The notes beneath the pieces were generated by a model, which saw nothing but the letters and a program-made list of their open reading frames with translations, ran no database searches and was not told the origin of the DNA. DNA of 53,347 bases, counting the filler, from Piptocephalis cylindrospora (lineage: Eukaryota), in the NCBI GenBank assembly GCA_003614145.1. It is 2 parts of 2 records of this genome, joined end to end, with 100 filler letters (N's around TTAATTAATTAA, not from the genome) between each part and the next. Parts side by side here need not be neighbours in the genome. Positions count along the whole stretch, not along the records: positions 1 to 26,684 come from KZ987772.1; 1 more part is not named here. One strand, 5' to 3'. This document shows, one piece after another, positions 1 to 11,983 of this stretch (positions are counted from its first letter, which is position 1; each line of letters begins with the position of its first letter). Made by a program: the position numbers and the translations under genes.

Positions 1-2
1 GG

Positions 3-272
3 AAGGGAAGGAGGGGGGGGGAAGAGCCCTCCAGCTCTTCAGGCCAATCCCCTCCCTCTAGCGCCTCTTCTGAAAGCAGGATGTGCTCCCAGTGTGGAAA
101 GACCCAGAGTGCCGAATGGCGTCGGGGTCCCGAGGGGAAGGGAACCCTGTGTAATGCCTGTGGTCTTCGGTGGGCCAAGGAGTGTCGTCTGAAGGATCTT
201 ACCTCCTCCTCTGGAGAAGCCTCCCAAGGTCTTTCTAGTGCAGGAAAGGGAAAGCGTACTCGACAAGTTTAA
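3..272 (+). CDS. GATA-type zinc-finger transcription factor, 3' end only (5' partial); White Collar-like finger
   Basis: Frame is open from the window start. It encodes [26 protein letters not shown] (C-X2-C-X18-C-X2-C) followed by GLRWAK, as in WC-1/WC-2 fingers. Stop TAA at 270-272. Confidence 0.9.
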   Translation, partial: KGRRGGEEPSSSSGQSPPSSASSESRMCSQCGKTQSAEWRRGPEGKGTLCNACGLRWAKECRLKDLTSSSGEASQGLSSAGKGKRTRQV

Positions 273-791
273 AGCTGTCTTTTAGCATTGCTAGTTGCTG
301 ATTCTCCCCACCTCTTCCTCCTACTTGCTCATCCTCAATACATATTCAATCCAAAAACTATGCGTGCACAGTAAGAAGGCGTAATCATACGTTTATTTGA
401 AAGTCACTTGTCATAACGGTAAGCCGGATAAATTTCATCGTTACTGCCACATAGAGGAAAAGGGCGATTGATGCACTCCCTGGAGCCCATCAGACTGATC
501 CCACACTGGGGTAAAGTCCCCGGAATGGGCTTCCTCCTCCTGGTCTAAGGAAGCAGGGGACACTGGAGTGGTCAAATAGGAAAAAGAGTAATTATCTTCC
601 TTGGTCGCCATAGTGTCCATCTGCAGGTCACCTTTCATCTTTTGACCATTCTCTTCAGTCGAGTAATTTGAGGAAGCTTTAAGGAGCGTACCATTATCCT
701 GGTTCCACCCTTCCTCGGTGGAGGGGCCGGCCGATGCCCAATCTTCCACTGACCCCCCCTCCCTTACGTCTGTAACCTTGTTCTTCTTATC

Positions 792-2288
792 TTAGAGGGC
801 GCCTTTTATCCCAAGGTCATCCAGATCGTCCTTACCCTCCTTGCCTTTGCCATCCCAACCATCATACTTGTCATCCTTGTACTCGTCCTTCATGTCATCA
901 TCATTTTTGTCCTTCTTTGAGTCATTGTCCGAAGTATTCTTCTTGGAGGTTTTGGACTTTTTCATGGAGGACAGGGCAGCCAGCCCACCCAAGAGAGGGA
1001 GTCCTACGTACATGGTCTTGAGGAAGGCGCATGTGCGCTTCGACACGTACACCTTACTCACCGAGTAATTGTAATCGTCCCCATACCCATTCCCATATCC
1101 ATACCCATCTCCATATCCATACCCATACCCATCCCCATAGTACGAGCCGGATCTATATCCGCTATTGTATCCATTGTAGTTTTGTCCAAAGAGTTCACAT
1201 GCACCATCAGAGACATTGGGATCCTGCGTCTCAGCCCTGGTCATCTTTCTTCGGCGAGTCTGCCTTTGCCTGGCACCCACCTGATAGCTAGGGGCGTACT
1301 TTGAAGGGGGAGGTGCTAATCTTTCTCCCGGGGGTAAGGGGGTAGGGTAGTAATGAAGATGCTTAATGAGGTCCTTCTGGAGGGTGAGCAAAGCCGCTTG
1401 TAGTGAAGACTGCTCGGGAATCTCCTGATGTGACCAGTATGTCGTTGAGAACTTAACATACCTGCGCACCTTAGCAATATCCGTCGCCGTGTTATGGAGC
1501 TGAAGGTTCTGTTGAACAAGCTTAAGAAGATACTTGCAAAAGCGTTTGTCTTCGAGTTGGAGGCGCTGAGCGTACAAGAAAGACATCTTGATGAGGTACT
1601 GGACCATTAATTCATCGGACTCCCTCGCCTTACGGCTTTTCGATGTAGGAGGAGCAATAGAATTTAAGGGTTGAGTCTTCGAATCCCCGTCCTTGGTAAC
1701 GGCAGCATGAAGGTCTGAGGGGCGATCCACATTCTTTTGTTCATGGAAGCTTGGGCGATTCACATTCTTTTGTTCATGGGAGCTTGGGCGGTTCTCAGTT
1801 TTCTGTCCATGAGAGTGAAGATGGCTGGATGAGCCCATTATGGCGAGCTGCGGGGGAACAGAGGGCTTTTTAGGCTCCTGAGCACTCGTCCCTTCAGCTT
1901 TTACGGCGTTTACGGTGGAAGCAATGGACTTTTGAGGGGAAGAGATACGAGAGTTTTGAGCTGTTGAGGAGGTACTAGCAACTTGATTGGTCTGTTGGAT
2001 GGGAGGATAGGCAAGGAATTGGTGGGACTTCTGGACAGGGTCATCAAGGAAACGAACAGTTTTTCCTGACTTAAGTGGCTCATTTTTGGAAGTAAGCTGT
2101 TTAGTCGAGGTGGTGGAATGGGTAGTAACGGGAAGGGGACGAGAAGTGGTTTTAGTTTTTTCCTTTAAGGCAGGGTCATCGGTCAGTGAGGTCTGAATAT
2201 CTCCCTGATACACATTGACAGTCTGACGGGAATGGGAGAATGGGACACTGGCAAGGAGAAGGATGACGTAAAGTAAGAGATGATGCAT
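792..2288 (-). CDS. Orphan secreted/single-pass membrane protein (498 aa; may extend to 441)
   Basis: Signal peptide MHHLLLYVILLLASVPFSHS, S/T/K-rich region, GYGDGY repeats, hydrophobic segment TMYVGLPLLGGLAALSSM and a K/D-rich tail. No family recognised. Confidence 0.8.
   Translation of the reverse strand: MHHLLLYVILLLASVPFSHSRQTVNVYQGDIQTSLTDDPALKEKTKTTSRPLPVTTHSTTSTKQLTSKNEPLKSGKTVRFLDDPVQKSHQFLAYPPIQQTNQVASTSSTAQNSRISSPQKSIASTVNAVKAEGTSAQEPKKPSVPPQLAIMGSSSHLHSHGQKTENRPSSHEQKNVNRPSFHEQKNVDRPSDLHAAVTKDGDSKTQPLNSIAPPTSKSRKARESDELMVQYLIKMSFLYAQRLQLEDKRFCKYLLKLVQQNLQLHNTATDIAKVRRYVKFSTTYWSHQEIPEQSSLQAALLTLQKDLIKHLHYYPTPLPPGERLAPPPSKYAPSYQVGARQRQTRRRKMTRAETQDPNVSDGACELFGQNYNGYNSGYRSGSYYGDGYGYGYGDGYGYGNGYGDDYNYSVSKVYVSKRTCAFLKTMYVGLPLLGGLAALSSMKKSKTSKKNTSDNDSKKDKNDDDMKDEYKDDKYDGWDGKGKEGKDDLDDLGIKGAL
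1720..1794. repeat. 33-bp coding tandem repeat (about 2.3 copies)
   Basis: gggcgat(c/t)cacattcttttgttcatgg(a/g)agctt occurs twice, then a partial gggcggttc. Encodes NRPSSHEQKNV-NRPSFHEQKNV-DRPS. Confidence 0.9.
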
Positions 2289-4957
2289 CTCACACGATAA
2301 TTATCTGTAGGGGTCCGGGAAGAATCAAGAAGGGAAGAGATGGTTTGCGTATCGAGAAACCGATGAGTACAGTTCGATTTGGACGCGATTGAGTAAAGTG
2401 GGGCTGATCGGAATGTGAGTCTCGGATACGGCGGGTTAGCTGAAGTTTGAGGCCAAAGGTGTACACGAGAGGTACAATGCGCGTATCCAAAAAAGAAGGT
2501 CGGTGAATGAGATGTCGTGTCGAGGCACTGGGAGGAGCACAAGAAGGTGTGCCCAGCAGAGAGAGAGGGAGTCGTAAAGCAAGGAAAAGGGAGGAAGAAG
2601 GGTGAGGAAGGGTGAGGAAAGGAAGAAGAGAGGAGGGGGGAGGAGGGGGAACAGCGGGCTTCTAATCATCAGCCGAGCAAAGTTGGATCTCTTATACCTC
2701 ATCCTAGCCTTCACCATAGTTCGCAACTCCCAACCGACTTCATCTTACGCATAGCAGGGGTATTGGCCCGACCTAGCCCTTTGGCACCATCCATCTTTAG
2801 ACACCGTTCAATCTTGTCACCGAGTAGCCAATCCGCAATAACATCTGTCAGATTTTTGCACTCCGCAACCCCGACAAGACCCTCTTGCCAGCAAGGCGGG
2901 GTAAGGCAGGCTTGATAAGGATCAAGGTCTTTGCGGATCTCCCCATCACGTTTTTGTACTCCTAGGCAACTCTTGCCCCCATCAGCTGATCCAACATTTG
3001 GGAGAAAGGGGGGGAGAAATAGAGCATTGGTTTTTTTGTATCATTGTTGACTAAGGGAAAAAGGGTCGGTGTATTAGTCAATAGACGGGCTAAGCGCCGC
3101 CAAAGAAAAGTACGGATACACACTTAAACCGCTCACCCTGTAGAGATCATCTAGATTGTAGTCTGGGTGAGGCGTCATGTTGCATATCCAGTAGATCACC
3201 AGGCGTACTCAGCGAGACCGGAACTTAGAGATTCCGATACACGCACTCGCGTTGTCCGTTTTGGTCACCAGGATATAGCAGTAGGAGAGAATGGAGCAAC
3301 TTGCTTAAATTTGGCGAAATGCCTAGGAGTAATGAAGCGTATTTCACGATAGGCCCTCCTTTTCTCTCCTTGTTGCAAGGTTCAACTATACCCATTGTTT
3401 GGATAATAGCAACTTATAACCATAGACTACGTTGTCAGTACAAACTTCTTCGTCCACTTGATCAGAATGGGTACTGGCCATTCACACGTAGGATTGATGG
3501 CGGGGTGGTGGAGAAACTGAAAGTTGAATTTATGAAGAAGTCATTGTTGTATTATAAGCATCGTCATTTATAAAGCTGCTCACCGATTCAAGAACGATGA
3601 GATGTGCAGTATCAGAAATAAATATTCGACGCGTATCCTTTAGTTTAACAAGTACTAGAGGACTACAACCCCTAACTCCACTAAGAAGATCGCATAGATG
3701 GCCCTCTTGATATTACTGTTCGTAGTAAAACTTTTGATCTTTTGTGATCTTTCATCATTGTCTTCCATCATATCCCACCTCACTTTTGTTTTTATTAATC
3801 CTTTCGGGGTCGTTCCTATTCTTTGACTCCTTTTTTCCTTGATCCGTGCTGCATCCCTCATTTTTGCTGAAGGCCATATCCAGGATACCAGCCTTTTCAT
3901 ATAGAGTCCTCATCAACTAAGAGCAAGAATACTTTACCTCCACCATGATCATGATATTGAGTCAGCTTGGCGGCATCCCTTCATTATCTCTGGATTTTTT
4001 TTGATCGTCTCCATTGCCTCTATCTTCATGCTCCATCCATCTTTCCGTCTAGACATCCCATGGCTACTCCTGGGCCAGCCATTTTCCCCAGCCATCTCCT
4101 CGCTGTGCTGATCAGCCCTATATAACCCTTGTTCCCTTCCTCCATCATGGTTAATCGATTCTATTCCTTCTACGTCTCTCGTTTTCTCTCACCTTCAGGG
4201 CAGCCCAGAAGATGCACCTTTATATCCTCTCCTCTTCATTCTACCCATCTATCCTCTCTTGGTGTATAGACGTTGGGAAACTAATGCATTTGGCGGCTCA
4301 TTGCTGGACTAGGAGGTGAAGTCCAAGACCTAACAGCCTTGGAAGATCATAAATTGAGCGTTCCCCATATTACCATACATCTTCTCTTCTTCAAAATATC
4401 TTGGGTATGACGCTGAGGCCCCATGGAATAAAAGCAACTGAGTCGTTGATAAAGCGCCTTGATGAAGTGACTACCATAGAGATTGGGTTTTTGGAGATCA
4501 TATCGGATAAACGATGCTCAGTCAAATGATCGATGATGATACCATGTTAAACATTAGCATTGATCCTATCCGTTTCCTCGTTCGTCATACTGCTGAATAT
4601 TTTATAGCCAAATTTCAATGAAATTATGGCCATTTTTAACTGTACGACTTAGTCCTTACATATGGCGAGACGCCGCCAATAGTCATTCCCTGGGACAAGA
4701 AATAGGACTATTTTCGGGATTTCAACGCGAAAACGAGCGGACATGAGGAGAGCATCGCCATCGATCCAGGATTCAAGATGGTGGGACAACTACAAAGAAC
4801 TAGATTTGTTGATGTATTCCTCACCAAACCGTCTTGATTGTCCTCTTCCCCCCCGTCCTGTCATCTGTTCTCCCTCCACGTCCCACTTAGTGCCTCATCG
4901 CCGCTCAGTACTCTTTTCCTCTCTCACTCTCTGCCTCGCAGCACAGCGATCCCTATC

Positions 4958-7480
4958 ATGACTGGACCTTTGCATCGGTCCCTCCGACTCTTTATCCTGA
5001 CCCTGGCTGGAGGTCTCCTAAGTCTGGCCTTGCCCTCCAAGGCCATGACTCCACCTCGATACCATATTCAATTGGGGGACCTTCGAGCCCCAACGCCCTT
5101 TCTTCCCCAGCGGATCGAGGAGCTCATCCACTGGGTGGAGGGGTCGTCCGAGAATCCTGGGCAGAGCGTAGTGGTGGAGATGGGTAAAAACATCGATTGC
5201 CAGACCCTAGCTTTGGCTTCGTTACCGCCACTGATGGAAGTAGAGGATTGGGCGATGCAAGATCGTCGATTAGGTCTATCATTCCTTCCCATGACGGATT
5301 CAAAAGATGCATTCTCGAGGAATCAAGAAGGTTCTATCGAGGCTAGACAGCTTTTTGAGGCCTTGGTAGGCCGAGGGGATGCCGGGGATCTAGCCACCCA
5401 TTGGGGATGGTCACTCTTTACCCTGGATCCTTGGGTAAGCACTTGATTCTTTTAGGGCATGTCTGATCGGTGAGTAAATGTATGCTCAATTCATCTCTTA
5501 TTGACGCCTCGGAAATGCGAGGTAGAGGGGTGAAGTGAATTTGCAGCAACATCTAGATTTAGAGGCTATTCATGACACAAATACCGGAGAGACCTTGGCC
5601 GTTCTGATCTATCCTAGCTCGTGAGTCTTTTCTTTTTTTTCCCGAGAGAATGTAATGAATGAGCGGTCACACTAATACTCTCTCCTCCTCCCACCCCTTC
5701 ATCACGGCCCACGTAGGGATATACGCTCCTGTCGGCAAAGGATGATCAATCCTTTAGAAGATCCTGTCCCTATTTCCCCCGCCCCTGATACTTTCGCCCA
5801 GGCCACGTTTACTTTTTCCTTGACATGGCTCCCTGTAAGTCGATAAGGAAAAAGAGCTCCTTTGCTCCTCAACTCACTATAAATACTCTACATCATAGCT
5901 GGAGAGTTCAGAATCCCGTGAAAAGTACACAGCTAGTCTACAGCCTTACCATACCATCCGCTTTCCGTATCCCTCTCCCTTTTCCCTGTATATGCACTGG
6001 TCGGGTACTATCTACATTGTCATTGCCCTTATCCTCTGGATGGTGCTTCTCTTCCAGCACAGAGACCGCACTCCGAAACGGATGCCATCGCCAGATGGAA
6101 TAGCTCATACGGTAAAAACAATCACCTTTTTCCTGTATTATCCCTTCACCATGCCCCATGGAACGACCACCTACGCCATTCACCTTGCTGTTTCATTTAT
6201 ATAGGGCCAGTCAAAATCCTCCATTTGGTCTTTCCCCCTCTCCCTTTCCTTCCCTACTCCTGGACGCCCCGCGCTTCTAGGGATTGTTGTGGCCAGTGGA
6301 GCTCAATGGCTGATGGCTCGTGCGCTCAATATGTGTAGGTCATCCTTCCTATCCTCTCTTTGTCCCCTCACGTAGCCCAGTAGTCCTAACGCCCATTGTT
6401 CTTCAGTGTCCCCGAACCAATCGTACCTAGCATGGTCAGAAGAGGTACTGTGGCAGAGGATCTGGATGGGATGGCCCTTGGTATCATCCGTTCTGGCGGG
6501 ATTGATGTCCCGATGGGTCTCGAGAATCTATGGGATCACGCCTCGAAGGCAACACATTCTCTTGGTAAGCTCGCCAGGACAGGTCGGGTCTATAATCGAC
6601 TAACCCACCGCTCCAACCTATCTCTAGCTGATCGCTGGTCATCCTGCCTGCCTCGTGAGCTTTGGTTGGATCCCCATGGTGGTGAGTTGGTGGAAGGAAT
6701 CATCAGCCTATCCAGGTTTGGGTCATATCCTAGGGATGGGTGCGCTATGGATCTTATTCCAGGGTGCTGGGGTCCTTCTGGGAGTCTCCATTATGGATTG
6801 GGCTCTCCGGAATCACAGTCGTACCCCCATCTTTCCTCCGAGACCCATCCCCGGTGGTCTAGCCGTTCCTCGCTTTACTAATGACAAGTATCCGGCGTGG
6901 ACCAACTATCGTTTACTGTAGGGACTTGAGTACTGTTTACTTGACCTCTTCCTCCTCTCACTGACGTTGATCTACCCGTTATCCTTCTCTCCTGGTAGGA
7001 CGGTCTGTGGGAGCTGGCTGGTATTTACTAGCCTGGCAGCCCCCCTGCACCAGGCCGCCCGACTTTCCTGGCCAGAGTACCAAGAGGTGGCTTTGTTGGA
7101 TGGTCGGTGGATCGGCCTTTCCAGTATCATCATCACCACCTCCCTCTCCCCCATCCTGGCATATATTCAACTTTCTATTGGGGTAAGCCTTCCCGATCCT
7201 TTGAACCCCTTCCTCCCCGCTCCGTTGCTCATCCCTCCGCATCCCATAGACTCCCATCTGGGAATGGACGTGTGTTCGCCTGGGCTTTTACTCGGCTCTT
7301 TGGACCTGGATGTACGGAGTTTACCTAGTCTGGGGTCGAGCTGGATGGATGGAGATCCAGGCCTGGGTGTGTGGCTGGGCCATCGAATGCGCCGGTTGGG
7401 CTGTGGGGCTGGCAACTGTCGCGTGGATCAGCGCGGCTTTTTACATTCGGTTGAATTGGTACACTTCGGTATCGGATTGA
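4958..7480 (+). CDS. Highly divergent TM9SF/EMP70 (nonaspanin) family protein, multi-exon
   Basis: Signal peptide, then a lumenal domain ending ATFTFSLTW (cf. FTYSVxW). Colinear motifs follow: MHWSGTI (IHWFSI), PRLLGIVVASGAQW (PxLLSVLVGSGxQ), PPRPIP (PRQIP), LAYIQLSIGTPIWEWT (YFQLCxExYxWWW) and C-terminal ATVAWISAAFYIRLNWYTSVSD*. Several GT-AG introns; stop TGA 7478-7480. Confidence 0.7.
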
Positions 7481-7653
7481 TTCTTCCCACTTAGTACTTC
7501 GTTAATACACTCTATCACCCCCCCCTTTATCTGGAATGCGAGTCATTATTAAGCTGCAGTGAGAGGCATCATCTCAAGGTATTTCCTATTCAACTCTCTC
7601 TGTATTTAACTAGGTAATCCATCACCACCCAGTCCACAACATCAGTCAGGTCT

Positions 7654-8576
7654 CTACTGCTCCGATAGCATTTTCTTGACCACCTTATAATACTGGGGAC
7701 TCACGTACTTGCTCATCTCATCTCGGGTCACCCATGCAAAGTCCTCCACCTCCTTTCCGTCCGGCCGGCATTGTCCAGCGAGGATGTGGGCCTTGAGGAA
7801 GTACACTGAGCTCTCCTGGGTCTTGCTCGATCCAGAATCCCCGGTGTGCTCGTACGCGTAGTGCCCAATGGGGCCTCGGGCTACAAGCCAGACATTCATA
7901 TCCTGGCCACACTCCTCGTGCAGCTCGCGCATCGCCGTCTCATGCAGCTGCTCTTCACCCTCCACCAGACCCTGAGGCATGGCCCAAGCATGTTCAGTTC
8001 GAGGCTTCTTGACAATCAGGTAAAGCGTGCGGTCCAAGTGACGTTCCAGGCTTCGAACATCTCCATTCCTCTTGTTATTCTCTCGGGGCTCCAGGGTCAC
8101 CCCACCCACCTCGGTGATCGGGGCAATAGTCGCCTCCAGATCTCGGCCGCCCTTGGTCTTCCCCGCCGCCGCCTCCTTTTCCATCCAGGCCTTCTCCGCT
8201 ATCGAGCCCTTCTTAAAGTAGAAGTCCACTGGGAAGGGAGCGGCCATATCATCAGCCTGACCCTGCCGATGGGCATAGTAGAGCTTGGCAAAGCGATTGG
8301 GCTCAGGCAGGATGATGGGTGGGCGGGTCAGTACAATTCCAGCCTTGAACAGACGGTCAGCCTTGGCTGTTGTCCTTGGTTGAGCGTCTCCATCCATGCT
8401 GGTGGAGGGCTTGGTCTGGGTGGCCGTAGCCAGGAACCTTTTCGTCCCTGGAACCTCTTCTATGTGGAGTAGCGCGCATTAGAGAGTGCACCCATCTTAC
8501 ATGGAGACAGTGGAAAAGAAAACTTACGCGCAGCAACGCGACATGTCGTTTGCAAGGACCTGTAAAACCGGGACAT
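7654..8576 (-). CDS. MRPL17: Mitochondrial large ribosomal subunit protein mL46 (yeast MRPL17), Nudix fold
   Basis: Exon 1 MSRFYRSLQTTCRVAA is presequence-like and is followed by a GTAAGT...ATAG intron. Exon 2 has FPVDFYFKKGSIAE, RSLERHLDRTLYL, LHETAMRELHEECG and DFAWVTRDEM. Confidence 0.92.
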
Positions 8577-9607
8577 GACAAGGATGGAGGAGAAGGTTGA
8601 AATGTATGAGGCGGTGAGGCCGAGGAGCAGGCCTGTCCTCGGAAAGATATTGTTTATGGGGACAGGCTGACTTGTGGAAAAAGAACCAATGACCCTTAGG
8701 TATGGTGGGTCTTTTTGACCGTTTAGGCTGGCTTAGTTTTTTAAACTGAAGTACTCCACAAATTTAAAGTGAGCATCCAACACAGGCAATAAGGGCTTAT
8801 ACGTAGTTGGGTATGTAATACTCAAGTTTATTACCATTACTGCTACTAATCATACTGCCATCATTATTGTTAGCTCCAAGTTGAAAGATACAATTAAGTT
8901 CTGAGTTTTTTTCAGTAAGACTAGTCGTCATTCAATCATGTAAAGTCATCCAGGCAATATGGAACGATCAGGAAATGATCAGGCAGTATTGATATTCTAA
9001 AAAAATACCTTTATAAGCAGAAGACTAGTATTTTTTTCACACCCTTTGTAGTAACAAAGATGTACTCGTATGGGACCAGATACGTGATGTGTAGCTGAGT
9101 AAAAATCAAATTGTAATGGTGCTCAAAGGAGCGATCGTAGAACGAAGAGAGCTATTTTGTCGTCTGTGCTTCGTACATCTCGGCCTATCGCCAAGAAGAA
9201 AAAGGCAGCCTTATTGGGTGTTGCATTGTTCCTTTATGAATTAAGTGTTGTACACTATAGAAAAAGGCCCAGGCCCTTCCCTTGTATACATATAGCCATA
9301 CATAGGAGCAGGACGTGTACACCCCCCCGTCTCGACGGGCAATGGGGGCAGGGCGGTTGGAATGGTGGAGGAATGACTACGCGTGTCCAGCGGAGTCTAC
9401 TGTGGACCTTGTGTGCTTATACGCTTGGTGTAGCCTTAGATAGATGAAGCATGCAGTCCTTTAGGGAGCAACATTCTTCCTCCCTCGCCTCAGCCACCTT
9501 TCCTAACCTCATCTACCTCCCCCCTTTACACTGCCTCTTCAGGATATTTCTGTTCATCTTTCGCGTTGTGTAAAGCCCCCTCCTACATCACAACATTGTT
9601 CGCCTCG

Positions 9608-11857
9608 ATGAACCGTAACTATCGGCGACGGCCAGTGCTGCCCGAAGAATCGTCTAATTTTGCTGATCCGGCCTCAGCCAGTCCTCCGAAGCTGGATCAG
9701 GAGACCCAAACTCCTCTCCCTTCATCAAAGATCTCGTGTGAGTCTGAGGGAATCGAGCGATCCGTTGACAGGCTGAGAACCTCTTCCAAGATGCAATCTC
9801 TCCTGGCCTCACTCGACTCATCAATCCCCTCTACGCCCGCTCCGCCCACGTCATCCATCTTTCGAGATCTCTCCCTTCGTGAAATTATGGCTATTCCTCA
9901 ACCCTTTGCATGGCAAACTGGATTACCAGAGTCTATGGAAGGCTTGCTCAAAGATTACAAGATAAGCTCCTTTGGAGGTTTGATTGATGGGTGAGTTGAT
10001 TTGAAGTGTCCCAGAAAGACTCATTGGGCCTTGTATGACTACTGATATTTACTCCCGGGTCAATATCTAGTCCCATTAAGGAAGCATCCACCCCTCAGCA
10101 TTCTTATATGGATTTACGCATGGTACAAAATCTGGATTGGGCCACTCAAATGTAAGGCATCCCATCGTAAATGATCCTCCCTAAGAAGCATTGGATCATT
10201 TAATCCTAGTGTAAACGCATCTCATTCTTACTTTACTCCGATTAAACCACCTAGTGCTCGAGGTGCGATTGATATCGTGAAACATGGTCACATTGATCAG
10301 GCATACAAGGAGTTTCATCGGGCACTCTCCATTACCCCAAAGTGCTCAACTGCCTATGTGGGCCGGGGCTTGATCCTCCTCTCCAAGGGGGATCCTCGAG
10401 CAGCCCAACGTGAGTTTCGACGTGCACTCGAGGTGTGTCCCACGGATATGGACGCCAAAAAGTACCTGGAGGACTTGGCCCATCCCACCTCGGGTCCACA
10501 TGCAGCTGGCTTATCGAGCGGCCGGAGAAGAGATAGCTTATTTGGTATTGCGGCCCCCTTAAAGACCAAGGAGGAACAAGAAGCGGATGAGGAGGAGATG
10601 AGGAAATTAAGTAAACGGAAGGCCGTCACCGTTGCTCCCCTGGAACTCCGGCTTGACGTGGATAGTCTTCCAAACTTCCGTCGACATGGTCAACATCGCG
10701 CTCGTCCACCTCCCCCCCCTCCACCTGCTTCCTCAGGGACCACCACCCCCTCCTCTTCCCAAGTTTTATCCTCATCCAAAGTATCGTCACGTGGTCTTCG
10801 GGAAACCTTAGAATCCAAGGTTTCTCGGGCTCATGCTCTTCCTCTTGCCACCCCATCCTCCATTTCTAAAGGCGCCTCGGGTTCATTGGCCCTTCGAAAG
10901 CCCTCAGATCCCTATCCTCCGGCGTCTCTTGTGGATCAAAGACCCCTAGGACCCAACCGCTCTATCTCTTCCCGAAAGGATATTCCGATGACCAAGATGG
11001 CGACTAATGCCCCTAGACCTAGCGCGGCAGCCAGGGCTATGGCCAGCAAGTACGAAACCGACTCTCCCAAATCCGCTTCCACTTTTCGACAGCCAGTCCC
11101 TCCTGGAGTCAAGGCTTCTCGTTCCACCACTTTACTCCCCGGAGTTGGAAAGGGCTCTCCCGATATTACAAGAACTTATCATGACAGAACATTTCCTGGT
11201 GATGCAAAATCCCATCGGGATAGGGTGGCTTCGGGTGGGGCTAACCCTCCTCGTGGCAAGGTGCCCTCTAGTGGGTCCAAGTATCCCCGTGAAAGGGTAT
11301 CCTCTGATGACGCCAGGCGTCCTCGCGACAGGAGTGCTTCTGATAAAAACGGAAAGTACCATGATAAGGATGCCCTTACCTCATCCAAGTCATATTCAGG
11401 AAAAGATGTTGCTTCTGGATCCAAGAATCGCCAGGAAAGGAAAGGACTCCAGGTTTCATCTCGGTCCAGTCAACAGATCCGTCAATCAACCGTGTCGCAT
11501 GAAACGTTTGGGAGAAGCAGTACTAAGCGTCCTCGATCTCCTGATGTGAAACCCAAAGCTATTCAAGACAATTCTCCTGATTCCAGTCCCCTGTCCTCTG
11601 CCCCAGAAATGTCCGATGAGGAAGATGATGCTCTCTTTTATGGGCTCGATCCGGGAGGTTCTTCCGTGAGTACCGGTCTAGGGAGGAAACGCACCATTGA
11701 TGATGATGATGAGGCTGAGGGAATACGTGATCGGAAGAAGATAAAGCCATCTTCCACGGAATCATCACCTCCACCCAAGGCTCCTATGAATAGGGCACCC
11801 ATGAAGGCTCGCAGGGTCAAGAGGAGAATTATTATGGACAATGAATCGAGTGAATAA
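9608..11857 (+). CDS. TTC14-like TPR protein with long disordered C-terminus, 3 exons
   Basis: Introns start near 9991 (GTGAGT) and 10152 (GTAAGG). The spliced product reads YMDLRMVQNLDWA...GHIDQAYKEFHRALSITPKCSTAYVGRG...EFRRALEVCPTDMDAKKYL, resembling the TTC14 TPR region. Confidence 0.75.
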
Positions 11858-11983
11858 TGAAACAAGACAGAGGGATGGGGAGTGGGAGGGAGAGATAAGG
11901 TTCTGGTATTTCCTGCTGGTCACGCCCTTCGAGTATAAATAAAAACATTACATGTAGTGTATTTGATGGAAGAAGCTTGAACC

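Noticed and set aside
3655..4150. 81-aa ORF with hydrophobic C-terminus and upstream short frames
   Set aside because: No recognisable family, no consistent splice model and interrupted frames; cannot be supported as a gene.
6887..6999. GTATCC as a possible U12-type 5' splice site in the TM9SF gene
   Set aside because: It reads GTATCCGG rather than GTATCCTT, and the downstream CT|GTAGGG donor gives an in-frame product that fits the family better.
7846..8472. 208-aa + strand ORF, and similar overlapping ORFs at 11007-11549, 15540-15992 and 28894-29520
   Set aside because: They overlap well-supported genes in antisense or alternative frames and show no motifs.
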